A stretch of 64,000 nucleotides of DNA from Eledone cirrhosa (lineage: Eukaryota), in contig OZ024742.1 of assembly GCA_964016885.1 (NCBI GenBank), positions 5,022,001 to 5,086,000 on the forward strand. The letters are read 5' to 3'. The notes under the pieces are model-generated. The model had not been told where the DNA came from. It saw only the letters and a program-made list of their open reading frames with translations, and made no database searches. The stretch's first letter is position 1; every line of letters starts with the position of its first letter. Positions 14,294 to 27,644 of the stretch are shown here, piece after piece. The position numbers and the translations under genes are program-made.

Positions 14294-14580
14294 GGTGAAG
14301 GCGCATGGCTTAGTGGTTAGAGCATTAGGCTTGCAATCGAAAGGTTGTGAGTTCAATTCTCGACCCGGGTGATGTGTTGTTTCCTTGAGCAAGACACTTT
14401 ATTTCACGTTGCTCCAGTTTACTCAGCTGAAAATGAGTACCAGCAATAGCTGGAGGTTTAACCCTGCGATGGACTGGCGTTCTGTCCAGGGGGAGTCTTG
14501 TACTCTCAATCGCTTCACGCCATGAAAGGGGGATAAGCTCCGGCCAAATGTGCCTTCTGGCTTAAGACAGACTTTTAGAC
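14294..14580 (+). mobile_element. tRNA-derived SINE (MetaSINE-like body) inserted into an older related copy
   Basis: A-box tggcttagtggttag and B-box gagttcaattc. Body aaccctgcgatggactggcg...ggataagctccggcc. gatgaccctac is duplicated on both sides as a TSD-like repeat. Confidence 0.75.
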
Positions 14581-16049
14581 TTAGATGACCCTACGGGTTC
14601 GAGACAGACTAGACTTTTAATTTGCCACCGTTTTTAAAACGACAGTCTGGACCAGGTGACCACTGGCCCTTGGGCATATTTAGTGGAGTCTAACTCTGGT
14701 GCATGGATACGATCATATTTCCAGTCTGAAGATAACTTTCTCTTTTTCTCCCACTACTCTCGGAGATCCTGAAAATATTCTTCTTCCTCTGACTAAATCA
14801 TAAATTAAATTATTTAGAAAAGTTCATTACACTGAACCACCCTCCCCCTCCCTCTCCTCTCAGTATAAACACGACAACTAATCAAATATCCTGCCTACTC
14901 TATTACCTAGGCAGCATTATTTCCACAATCTTGTGGTGTCTCTGTATGTATGTGTGTGTGGTTGATAGATAGGAAACCATCAGTAGCAGAATAATTATAA
15001 CGATGGGCCTTAACGGAAATTCAAGGAGATCTTTAATTAGAGAGAAAGGGAAAATGAAAGAATTTAGTTGTATAACCACCTATAGATAGAGCAATAGGAG
15101 AGGTCGATCAATATTGGAATATCTTTGATCATTAATCTGCATATTTGAGGCTGACCTGGAGCTAAACAGTAGTGACAACTAAATTATGCCATTTTCTAAA
15201 TTTCTTAAATCACGCGTGTTATGGCGTCTTTTATTTATTGCTACAAAAGCAGTTGTTATTTCCAAATTTCCTGGATAGTGTTCAAACTGAAATTAGTTAA
15301 ACTAGCTGTCAAGTTAAGCCCGTCATAAGTAAGACTGTCTAAATCAGAAGTAAAACTAGCTGTTAAACCTGTCCTGAAAGGAGTGACCACAAATATGACT
15401 CTCAGTCAGAAGTCATTTATTATATACAAAAATTGTATTAAATAGCATAGCCATAAATAGGGCGGGTTGAGGTCACATTCCTGTGACTGTGTTTTGTCAG
15501 ACATGTAGGTGTTTTAAGAAGTGTCTGGGATGGTCTATTGTGTAGTGAGAATGGGTTTGGGGGGAGGGTAGCATTCATGTAGGTATGTGATAAATATAAT
15601 AATTGAATGAACGGGGATTACATGTTTAATCCTGAGCAAAATATGTGTCCAGAAAATGTTTTGAATTCAGCACATCACAAATACATATTACTCAATTCCT
15701 GAAATCCCAATACTCCATAGTTATGTATACAATAAGCATGTGTATAGATTCATCTCCGCGTATATTTGTATAATTTGTTCGGAGATATTGTACTGAATTT
15801 TTAAAGGAGAAACAAACGTTTCCCATGAATCTCTTAGTGAAATAAAAAAAGTTCTTACTTATCTTTCAAATTTGGATATCTAGCCGGATCAATTAGAGAC
15901 GGTTGCCTTCTGACAGAACCTGCTGGAAGGAGTGTTTCAGAACTCTGCCCCCAGGACACACCAAAGAAGAAGAAGAAGAAGAAGAAGAAGAAGAAGAAGA
16001 AGAAGAAGAAGAAGAAGAAGAAGAAGGAGGAGGGGGGAGGAGGAGGAGG

Positions 16050-16780
16050 ATAATGGGTACCAGGATTACATCAAATTCAGTTCATCCTGCACACGGAACA
16101 TGTCTTCCTTGGATCAACACCGTCTTGCTTGTCTTCAGTCACGCTCGCAGCCAAACAAAGGCGAATGGCTCAATCCGGTGCCCTATTCGTCAACCGATGT
16201 CCTTCTTGCATATCAGTGCACCCACTTCTGAATGGTCCTGCAGCTTGACCTCCGCGTGTGTGAGCCGCAAAAGTGCCGTTGTGGATCCATGGTCAACAAG
16301 TACGAATAAATTGGCTTTCTCATTGCCACAGTGCAGGTCGGTTCTCTCGATATGCCACCTTGAATGACGTCATCCCATTACTGGAGCCTGTAAATCTCGA
16401 CGGTGTAGACAGTAAGAGCCTACACGGGATAACCCTTTCCCCTTTCGTGGGTTGGGGTAAACCTCCTGTCTGGGACGCCACGTGGTGCGAAAAGCTTTCA
16501 GACTCCAGCCTTGCTGCTTTGGCCACAAATCCAAGCACAGCCGCCCGTTACGCAGAGAAGTGGAAGATATCCAAATGCTGAGACTTAATCTACCGCTTCA
16601 TGTTGCTGCTAGTCACCGTCCAGGCTTCCAATGTCCTCGGTCCCTAAACTGACGTTTTTCCTCCACAAAATCAGGAGGAATGCATCCTGCTTGATGAAGG
16701 AGGCCGTGATATGGTGTGACTGATGCAGCAGATATCTTTGGCTGTTTACCTCGGCAATGTTTTTGCCATCTGATATGTAC
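16050..16780 (+). mobile_element. Degenerate CRE-like non-LTR retrotransposon 3' end (zinc knuckle and RLE) next to (GAA)n
   Basis: Across frames: GEWLNPVP, LSHCHSAGRFSRYATLNDVI, LEP...GITLSPF..GKPPVWDAT, AARYAEKWKISK. Confidence 0.7.
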
Positions 16781-17410
16781 CACCTAGCCAGTGGTGTAGA
16801 GTTGATTTTTTTTTTATCCTTTCCCTTTTTCTCATTTTTTTTCTTTTTTTTCTCTTTTCTTGTTTATTTTGCGAAATATTTATGGAAATAAAATCTGTAA
16901 TTTTAGAATACAAAATAGATATCTAGACTATAATAAAATGAGGAGTGCGGCACTACGTCCAGAATATATTTTTTTTTATTCCGTTTGTAAAATAAGTTGG
17001 ATTACTTTGAATAAATAATGAATGAATATCACATAATTTATCTACTAAATTTTGTTGTTCTTGATTAAATATAAATAATTGTGTTGTTTATTTTAAGATT
17101 CACTTCTTTAAAATTTTTAAATGTCAACACTTCTGGTTAGCGATCGCTTAAATAAACATTCATATATTTCCATCACTAATTTTCTCCTAATGCAGTTTAT
17201 GTATAATATCGTCTTTTTTTTAATGTATCATGGATTACGTTACTGATTATATAAGACAGTGTAACGCAGTCTTCGTTCAATTTCTGTCAATTACGATTTT
17301 ATTTCATGTATCATATCTACATGCATATATATTTGTGTATAATATCAATATACACACTACACGTGCTAGCAGAAAACCACCAGAAGGGTGGCTTTTCTGC
17401 TAGTGTATAT

Positions 17411-17593
17411 AATTGTTTCTACTTTAGGCACAAGGCCAGCAAATACCCAGTGCATTACTGGTACTTTATTTTATCGACCCCGTAAGGATGAAAGCAAAGT
17501 CAACCTCGGCGGGATTTGAACTCAGATCGTAAAGGAACGTAACTATGCTGGAAAGCATGGCGTCCGACCCTCTACCGATACTGCCAATCCACC
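17411..17593 (-). mobile_element. Full-length Nin-type SINE with a ~16-bp TSD
   Basis: ctgctagtgtatataa occurs at about 17397 and again at about 17594, flanking a complete reverse-strand copy. Confidence 0.85.
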
Positions 17594-18042
17594 TGCTAGT
17601 GTATATAATAAATGTATTTCAATCTTTTATTCTGAAATAATTTTGTGGGGTTTACAAAAGGGGAAAACAGACGTTTGGATATATCTTACAACATTAGTTG
17701 TTATAACTATAAAATTGTTTCTTTTGACATTTAAGGGGTAACATTCAAAATAAACAATAATATAATATTTTATTGTGAAATATTTTACTGGGTTTACAAA
17801 AAGAAAAATATAAAGGTTTACAAAGAGAAAATACAAAGGTTTCGATACATCGTTAATCGTCATTACTACATAACTTACTTTTTTTCAAATTTACAGTATA
17901 GAATACAAAATAGATATTTATATAATAAACATATTTAAATCCTTTATTCTGAGATAGTGTGATGAGTTTATAAAGGAATGAAAACATATATATCGACAAA
18001 CAACGTAAAATACATTTTGTCTTAATAACCCATCCAAATCAT

Positions 18043-18179
18043 TTATCTGAATTTCAAAAGTGTGAATGCTAAAAGTACGAATGTTACTAACAGCAATGAA
18101 ACTCCTATGATAATGCCAATCCTTACTCGATTAAAATCTCCCAACTCTGTGACAACTGATTTAGTGGTGGTGTTCGTTT
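18043..18179 (-). CDS. Probable terminal coding exon of a host single-pass membrane protein (Thr-rich stalk, transmembrane helix, KFR stop)
   Basis: Strong acceptor tattttttcttccag, phase 1. Reads TNTTTKSVVTELGDFNRVR-IGIIIGVSLLLVTFVLLAFTLL-KFR*. AATAAA lies about 95 nt downstream (17943-17948, minus). Too short for the ORF track. Confidence 0.65.
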
Positions 18180-18469
18180 CTGGAAGAAAAAATAAGACTT
18201 TATAAAGCGACAGATTATTTTTTAACTTTTGTAAAAGGTGGATGAGATTAGCATCTAAAAGGAAATTGTCGTTAAGACTACAATTTTTCTTGATATAAAA
18301 GTTGTTTTGTTTTTATTTTTACTTGTTTGTTTGTTTGTTTGTTTGTTTTTTGCCAGAATCCCAATACCTCTATTTTACATATTAGATCTTATTTTCTTTT
18401 ATATATTTATTTATGACGGTCTGTAAGTTAAAATCATATAGACATTCTTATTATTTCTCATTTTAATTA

Positions 18470-18682
18470 TGGTGGTGGGTTGGCATTATCGGTAGAGAAT
18501 CAGACAAAAATGTTTTGCGGTATTTAGTTAAAACTTTCTATGTTCTGAGTTCAAATCTCTTCGAGTTCAACTTTACCTTTCATCCTTCTGTGGTCGATAA
18601 AATAAAGTATGTTATGTACTGGCTGTTGATATAATATCCTTTCCCAAAATTGCTAGCCCTGCCCCAATGTTAGAAAGAATAA
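18470..18682 (+). mobile_element. Diverged Nin-type SINE
   Basis: ggtggtgggttggcattatcggtagag...tgagttcaaatc...cctttcatcc...gtcgataaaataaagta. Confidence 0.7.
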
Positions 18683-19338
18683 TTCTTTATAAAGAATGAT
18701 GTACTCATGCGCAGAGATGCTATAAAATAACTTATGAAATAGGGTGAAGACCTTTAAAAGGCGGAACAAGAAGTTGACATTGGCTGCAATGAGGAATCTG
18801 ACCCCATATCTTCCAGAAACCGGCTAAGCACTTTTAACTATTAAGCCAAGGGACCAATGGTTAAAAGCACCTAGCTGTTATCTGGAATATATGAGATTTG
18901 AGTTCAAATCCCGCCGAGGTCAACTTTTGCCTTTCATCCATTCGACGTCCATAAAAACTTACCAGTCAAATACTAAAGTAATTCTTCCTCTATATTTCTT
19001 TCTCACTTCCTTTCTTTCTTTCTCTCTATCCTAATCTAGAAAAAATCTGCTGTATTCAGACCTGGAGAGGAGATAGTTTCCACTGTTTTAAAAATGCCCT
19101 AGAAATGCCGCATGTCACTATGGCGCCCATACTATTCCCTCGGTAGTTCAGATATAAATGTTCTTAGATATGACTGTATGGTTAAATGTCTGTTTTGTAA
19201 GCATGTGGTTTCAACTATGTGCACAGTCTCTTAGTCCAGTATCGTCAACTGCAATCTTAGTTTCAATTTTATATTCTGAGTAGAGTTTGATTGACGGAAA
19301 CTATGCGGGGTCTTCTCGCGAATATACGTCCTACATAC

Positions 19339-19393
<55 letters not shown>

Positions 19394-19751
19394 TTTATCA
19401 GTTCGACTCTGGCAGTCTCTCGGATAAAAATTTCCCATTTGGATTAACACTGAACTCTCAGTGATGAAATGTTAAGTCAGCCTTAGTTATGTAATAATTA
19501 GAAATATTTCATGACTTCTGTGAGTAACACTTGCTGATACAACTGTTGTGGACCGGGCGTGGCATAGAAACTCTACTGTTTCGGTCTAATAAACCGTTTA
19601 TCTACTAATTAACCTATAGTACCCACGCTGGGTCGCAAATACGTAGTTACAACGGACGATTTTTGTAAATTGATTGAGTCAGTAAATAGCGGTCGGGATT
19701 AGACGGATTGTTAAACTTAATTTATATACACACATATATACATACATAAAC

Positions 19752-20639
19752 AAAATACCTGATTTACAAAAGAGATAGGAGTGCAGGCAAAACACCTAGA
19801 TGTAACAACAAGTGCAGACTCTGCAGAATTAACATCAATGTCACCAATGTCATAAGCAGATGTCCGGAGATGTCAACGCGGTACTATCTACCTGTGAGGC
19901 ATGATGTAGTGGCCAAAACACTGTACGATTCAATCCGTAGAAATGATAGTCCCGATAATAAACACATTAAAAGCTACAGCAATGTGGAAGACATACATAT
20001 ACATAATATGAAAGAGTACTGGTGGAATGTTCCAGTAAAAACCCCAATAAAATGCAGGCATAACAGACCAGATATAATGATATGAGACAAGGAAAAGAAG
20101 GCATACACAGTAGTGGAAATTAGCTGCCCAGCATTTGCCAATATAATATCAAAGATTAGTGAAAAGGAGAATATCTATGCAGAACTAATGAAAAATCTGC
20201 AGATACTCCTCCCTGACCATACCTTCAGATTTAGGCCTGTGAGTATTGGGGCACTGGGATATGTTAGTAACTGCCTCAATGCAAATCTTGAGAAGCTGGG
20301 CTTCACAGAAACAGGAAGAACACGACTAGTTAGGAAATTACAATTACAATTCAATAATTGAACAGTAAAAATATGTAAAACATTCCAAAAATTCTGCATC
20401 TAATAACTGCATATACACATGTACAGATACAAAGCATATGCACATGCACACATAAAACTCAAAGCATACACATCCACACCTACAATAACATCCATACCTG
20501 CACACACATGCATGCAGACATGCAGACATATCTACCTAGTTGATGTTGTGTAAATTCCAATGAGAGAGTCTTGTAACTATGTTAAAAACCGACTCTGTTT
20601 TTATTGGCAAAAATTAGTGAAATTATAAAACCAGAAGAA
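19752..20639 (+). mobile_element. 5'-truncated R4/Dong-like copy (RLE end and 3' UTR), same family as 24768-26716
   Basis: RHDVVAK, WWNVPVKT, NRPDIMI and EISCP motifs; colinear with 25825-26716; catac repeats at both junctions. Confidence 0.9.
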
Positions 20640-20700
20640 CATACATTCATACACACATATGTGTGTGTGAGCGCTCGTATGTGTTATTGTGTGTGTGTGT

Positions 20701-20774
<74 letters not shown>

Positions 20775-21678
20775 ATTTCCATGTTTGTTTAGATGTCTCC
20801 CGTAATGAAGCGGTTTCAGCACATAGGAACCGTTCAAGTACGACTGGGAGTGATATGGTCGATTAAAGCCATGAAGGCGTTGCTCCAGCATGGGCGTAGT
20901 TTAAGTGAAATGTTCCAATCCGATCTAGTTCGATATTCTGCACAGATCCTGAAATAAGACACCTGATAATAATCGATTATCATCTGATCGAAACGAAATG
21001 TTGGTGTAAATATTTAAAACGAAAAAGAAAATATTTCATTTCTATATATTCTTTTACTGGTTTCAGTCATTAGACTGCAGCCATGCTGGAACAAAGCCTG
21101 GTCGATTTAGTCACTTTAATCGATCACATCGATGCTAGTACTGATTGCGTTCAAGTCTGGTACTTGATTGATCGATCTCGTTTTGTCGAAGCAATTCGTG
21201 ATGGGATATAAACACAGACGTAAAAGAAACACAGATAGGCACAAATATATACAGATTTTTCTTAATAGAATAAGAAGCTTTTACCATATATAGACTATAG
21301 AAAATAGGCTTTTATTGGGGCAGATGAACTTCTATAATGTGAAAACAAGGGCCTTAGCATTTATGGGATTCTAAATGCTGTAATATTAGACTATTCTCTA
21401 CAGTCAATATACGGTGAAAACTTTTAATTCTATTTTCAATTGCCACCGTAATCTAATTCACAAGTGCTTACATATAAGTGTGTATTTGTGTGTGCGTGTG
21501 TGTGTTTGTTTGTGTGTGTGTATATTTGTGGGAGTGTGTATTTGTGTATGTATGTGTGCGTGTATATATATATGTGCGTGTGTGTGTGTATTTGTGTGTG
21601 TATATTTGTGTGCGTGTGTGTGTGTATATATTTGTGTGCGTGTGGGGTGGCATGTGTGTGCGTGCGTGTGTGTGTGTA

Positions 21679-21810
<132 letters not shown>

Positions 21811-21959
21811 GCGAGATTCAGCCGATTCTGTCAACTAATTTTTCCTCATAAAGCATGTGTCGGCCCTATGGGATTGAATCCAAAACCACTTGGTTGCGAA
21901 GTTAACTATTTAACAACACAACCATGTCACTGCCCCAAAATATAATGTTCATCGAACAT

Positions 21960-22512
21960 GTATTCCACGTAAATCAATTAAGTTCAAGTATCTCGGGGCC
22001 GTGGTCATGAGTGATGAAAGGCGGGAGGCTGAACTAAATGCAAGAATTGCAGTAGCTGGTGCAGTAATGCGCCAGCTTCATCATTCGGTAATAAGAAGGG
22101 AGGTAGGTGTAAAAGACAAACTTGCTATATTTTTGGTGTTCTTGCCAACCTTTACCTCTGGTCATGAATCTTGTGTAAAGACCGAAAGAATACGATCGCG
22201 AATACAGGCGGTTTGGAGTAACGTTACACAATAGAGTGAGTCGGTCGGAGATCAAAGAGTGACTCCAGGTAGAACCACTACTTCTCTGAATTGAGAGATC
22301 ACAGAATCGATACTAGGGACACGTGGTTAGAATGTCTGATTAAAGAATCGCTGGATAGATTTTAGGGGCAGGAAACCCAGGGGTAAACACCGAGCAAAAT
22401 GGTTGGATAACATACAAGAGCTCAGTATGAAGCTGGATCAATTGGAGACGGTTGTTTCTGACAGGACCCGCTAGAAGGAGTGTTAGAGAACACTGCACCC
22501 ACGACCCTCTCA
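21960..22512 (+). mobile_element. Degenerate RTE-clade LINE 3' end followed by a long (GAA)n
   Basis: FKYLG.VVMSD...ELNARIA.AGAVMRQL, typical of the RTE C-terminus. Confidence 0.7.
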
Positions 22513-23100
22513 TGAAGAAGAAGAAGAAGAAGAAGAAGAAGAAGAAGAAGAAGAAGAAGAAGAAGAAGAAGAAGAAGAAGAAGAAGAAGAAGAAGAAGAA
22601 GAAGAAGAAGAAGAAGAAGAAGAAGAAGAAGAAGAAGGAAGAAGAAGAAGAAGAAGAAGAAGAAGAAGAAGAAGAAGAAGAAGAAGAAGAAGAAGAAGAA
22701 GAAGAAGAAATAGTGAAATAGGTGAAAACTAGGGTAATACAAGAATGTGTTCACACCTGTATAGTAATTGTGGAATACAGATTGTTGTAAGATGGTTCAC
22801 AAAAATATAAGGTAAAATATTGAGAAGAATAACACCTTATAGTTATCACCTTAGAGTAATCAATTACAGAGGAACACAACGTCGCAGAATAGTCGAAGTG
22901 TTATTTAAAACTATGCAAATAGATTCGCTACAAGCAGAAGTATGATATATATATATATTGTGTGTGTGTTTGAGTGCATGTGTGTGTAAGTATATACATA
23001 TATATGTGTGCGTGTCTGTCTGTTTTTGTGTGTGTGTGTGTATGTATATATATACGCTTATATATACATGTACATTAAACATACATACATACATACATGG

Positions 23101-23741
23101 TGGTGGCTGCCAACTCGTTTTCGAGTACGGCCACTACTTTATATCCATGTAGGAGAACCCCTACCGATGCGCTAAACAAGTGTGACTTTTTAGTCCAGCC
23201 AGCGACTTGAAAACTCTGGTACAAACACTACACCTGTGACAATTATTGACACATAGTGCTGGGCCCATGGCACCATGTGACGACAAGTGCAGAGAGATCT
23301 CCAGATATAAAGCAATGCCTGTGCCGTGAAGCTTTTATAGTGAGCAAAGGCACTGCACAAAGCCAGTCCCACTCTCTTAACCAAGATGATATTTACAAAA
23401 AAGAAGAACAACTCAATATCATTGGATACCATCAGGGTTGCAGGTGTTATATCAGAGTTTTCCTTCTCCTAGAATTCTGCCTTGACAAAGGCTAAGGGGT
23501 CATCTCTCCCGGTGATTTTGGATGGCCATTGACTCTTAAGAGTTCCTTTGCCCTTTGACAGGTTTTTTTTTTAGTCCTGCAGGATGTCCAAAGTCACCTT
23601 CCTCACCAGGAAACCTTGGTGGGGTTGCCAGTTTAGTCGCCAACGATCCGACCATGAGACAGGTTGTACTGGGATACATGTTACCAGTAGCACCAACTGG
23701 TGACCTGACATATATATATATATATACATATATATATACAC

Positions 23742-23820
<79 letters not shown>

Positions 23821-23839
23821 TATATACACATATATATAT

Positions 23840-23933
<94 letters not shown>

Positions 23934-24553
23934 GTATATATTATGTCAGGTCACCAGTTGGTGCTACTGGTAACATGTATCCCAGTACAACCTGTCTCAT
24001 GGTCGGGTCGTTGGCGACTAAACTGGCAACCCCACCAAGGTTTCTTGGTGAGGAGGGTGACTTTGGACATCCTGCAGGACTAAAAACAAAACCTGTCAAA
24101 GGGCAAGGGAGCTCTTAAGACTCAATAGCCATCCAAAATCACCGGGAGAGATGACCCCTTAGCCTTTGTCAAGGCAGAATTCTAGGAGAAGGAAAACTCT
24201 GATATAACACCTGCAACTCTGATGGTATCCAATGATGTTGACTTGTTCTTCTTTTTGGTAAATATCATCTTGGTTAAGAGAGTGGGACTGGCTTTGTGCA
24301 GTGCCTTTGCTCACTATAAAAGCTTCACAGCACAGGCATTGCTTTATATCTGGAGATCTCTCTGCACTTGTCATCACATGGTACCATGGGCCCTGCACTA
24401 TGTGTCAATAATGGTCACAAGTGTAGTCTTTGTACCAGAGTTTTCAAGTCGCTGGCTGGACTAAAAAGTCACATTCGTTCAGCGCATCGGTAGGGGTTCT
24501 CCTACATGGATATAAAGTAGTGGCCGTACTCGAAAACGAGTTGGCAGCCACCA
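23101..24553. repeat. Two ~610-bp copies of a non-coding repeat in inverted orientation around a (TA)n-rich spacer
   Basis: 23101-23711 is a near-identical reverse complement of 23943-24553. A third partial copy is at 24583-24692 and a diverged relative at about 34290-34750. Confidence 0.9.
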
Positions 24554-24736
24554 TATATATACATATATATATATATATACATGCCCTTTGACAGGTTTTC
24601 TTTTTAGTCCTGCAGGATGTCCAAAGTCACACTCCTCACCAAGAAACCTTAGTGGGGTTGCCAGTTTAGTCGCCAACGACCCGACCATGAGATACATACA
24701 TACATACATACATACATACATACATACATACATACA

Positions 24737-24767
<31 letters not shown>

Positions 24768-24768
<1 letters not shown>

Positions 24769-26716
24769 GCAGGGGTATATTTCAGGGGGACAGTCTCTCT
24801 GTGATATTGTTCATCTTGTCATTAAACCCCTTGTCCTTTCTGCTCAAGAAATGTGATGGATACATCATTGGCTCACAGGAGGACAGAAATACGAACCTAA
24901 CCCATAACTTCTTTGTAGACGATCTGAAACTCTATGCCAAGAACATGGATGGGATGAAGAAAAATCTTGACCTGGTTACAACGTTCTCAAAGGATATAGG
25001 AATGGAGTTTGGCCAAGATAAATGCTCATACATGACTGTAAAGTGGGGAAAAACAACAACCCAATCTAGCAACATTGTCATCAATGGTCTAACTGTTTCA
25101 CCGATATCTGATGAGGACTACTACAGATACCTGGGGATAGATGAGAACATATGCTATAATGGTATCTGTAATAAAGAACGCGTAACCAGGGAATACTACA
25201 CCCGATTAAGAAAGATCTGGTCATCGGAACTCTCTGCGCAAAACAAACAGTGGCTCATAATGTGTTTGCTGTGCCTGTCCTAACACCAACGTTTGGAATA
25301 CTCAATTGGACAATGGACGAAATCCGAGCAGTTGAAGTTGGAAGTCGAAAAATACTGAACAACACCGGAAACTTCCACATCAACAGTGAGATAGACCGCC
25401 TTTACTTGAAACGTAAGCAGGGAGGCAGAGGCCTAACATCAGTCCAGACAACATTTGAATGTCGCATCATATCTCTCCGACAACATCTACGAACCTCGAA
25501 GCGTAGGAGCCCGCTTCTCAAGCAAGTCTATCTGCATGAAACAGATAAGATCATGAGAGTTGGGAAGGAACTCCTTGAGAGATATTCTCTGTGTGATAAT
25601 CAAAAACTCACACCCAGGGATGTCGCTCAGCAGTATCGCAGTGAATCCATGGATGAAAAACTGCATGCCTATCAGCAAATAATCATGCATGGATATGTTG
25701 CCAGGAAGCTCCAGAGTGAGAGTAATATAGATAAAGAAAGTAGTCTATCTTGGACCAACAACCGCTATATTGGCTCCAACTTTGAAGGATACTCTTTTGC
25801 AATCCAAGAACAGGAGATTAGCACGAAATACCTGATTCACAAAAGAGATAGGGATGCAGGCAAAACACCTAGATGTGATAACAAGTGCAGACTCTGTAGA
25901 TCTAACATCGAGGATATCACCCATGTCATCAGCAGCTGCCCAAAGATGTCATCGCGGTACTATCTACCTATGAGGCATGATGTAGTGGTCAAAACACTGT
26001 ACAATGCAGTTCGTAAAAATGATAGCCCCGATAACAAACACATTAAAAGCTACAACAATGTGGAAGACATCCATGTACATAATATGAAAGAGTACTGGTG
26101 GAATGTTCCAGTAAAAACCCCAATAAAATGCAGGCGTAACAGACCAGATATTATGATATGGGACAGGGAGAAGAAAACATGCACAGTAGTGGAAATTAGC
26201 TGCCCAGCAGATTCGAATATAATATCAAATATTAGTGAAAAGTAGAATATTTATGCAGAACTGATGAGAAATCGGCAGATACTCCACCCTGAGTACACCT
26301 TCAGATTTATGCCTGTGATTACTGTGATTATTGGGGCACTGGGATATGTTAGTAACTGCCTCAATACAAATCTTGAGAAGCTAGGCTTCACAGGAACAGA
26401 AAGAACACAACTAGTTAGGAAATTACAAGTACAATCCATTAATGGAACAGTAAAAATATGTAAAACATTCCAAAAATATTGCATCTAATAACGGTATATA
26501 CACATGTACAGATACAAAGCATATACACATGCACACATACAACTCAAAACATACACATCCACACATACAATAACATCCATATCTACACATGCATGCATAC
26601 ATACATATCTACCTAGTTGATGTTGTGTAAATTCCAATGAGAGAGTCTTGTGTCTATGTTAGAAACCGACTCTCTCTCTATTGGTAAAACTTTGTGAAAG
26701 TATAAAACCAGAAGAA
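24768..26716 (+). mobile_element. 5'-truncated R4/Dong-like retrotransposon inserted in (CATA)n
   Basis: [27 protein letters not shown]...HVISSC and RPDIMIWD; a frameshift near 25250 and one stop; (CATA)n on both sides. Confidence 0.92.
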
Positions 26717-26726
26717 CATACATACA

Positions 26727-26836
<110 letters not shown>

Positions 26837-27081
26837 AACAAATAACGAAAGGAAATTAAATTTCGTTTCGTTTGTAACTCACTTTTGTATGACTGACGCT
26901 TAAACAGACGTTTGTCTGTGTGTTTACATACAGAATAGCTGGGCCGCTCACTGTAAAGCGACCAGTGAAAGACTTGGTACACCTACATATGTATACGTGT
27001 GTGTATTCATATACACACTAGTATTTCAGTATGCATATGTAGATGTACATTTTTAACTTAATATATAAATATATATATATA

Positions 27082-27364
27082 TAATTGAAAACGAAAAATC
27101 AGTGATGCATCTGAACTCAATTTATTGTGTTACAATTGTTTCGCCGGCGGACAGCTCGAGACGTGATCATTGTGTGGATCTGTCTGTTTCTGTTCGATGG
27201 ACGCGTCTAATGATTTCGGGGCATGCTCCGAAATCATTAGACGTGTCCGTCGAACCTGCGGGTTCAAAATCAGACAGATCCACACAATGATCACGTTTCG
27301 AGCTGTTCCCAGCGAAACAATTGTTACACACAGATGCATCACTGATTTTTCGTTTTCTATTATA
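27082..27364. repeat. Foldback (hairpin) element in (TA)n
   Basis: Arms of about 130 bp are near-perfect reverse complements with the apex at ggggcatgctcc (about 27222). Confidence 0.85.
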
Positions 27365-27438
27365 TCACACTCTGCTCTGTAAGAGCATAGAGTACTCAAC
27401 CGGCATACCGCTTATGGAAGCATCTTAGCTACCATCAG

Positions 27439-27492
<54 letters not shown>

Positions 27493-27584
27493 TTTGAGTA
27501 TATGTTGGTTGTTTACCGACACCTCAGTATGCAGATTGGAGCACTCGACGAAGTTCGTAGGTTGGTTTGGTTACTCCGGAGTAA

Positions 27585-27606
27585 TCTATATATATAAAAC
27601 TGAGGC

Positions 27607-27644
<38 letters not shown>

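Noticed and set aside
19570-19612. Minus-strand ggttt atta gacc-GAAA-cagta as a hammerhead
   Set aside because: The CUGANGA core and helix I are not recoverable; too degenerate.
23943-24035. HDV-like ribozyme call at the 5' end of the inverted repeat unit
   Set aside because: The pairing order is suggestive, but P3/L3 and P1.1 do not fit the HDV consensus; kept only as a test suggestion.
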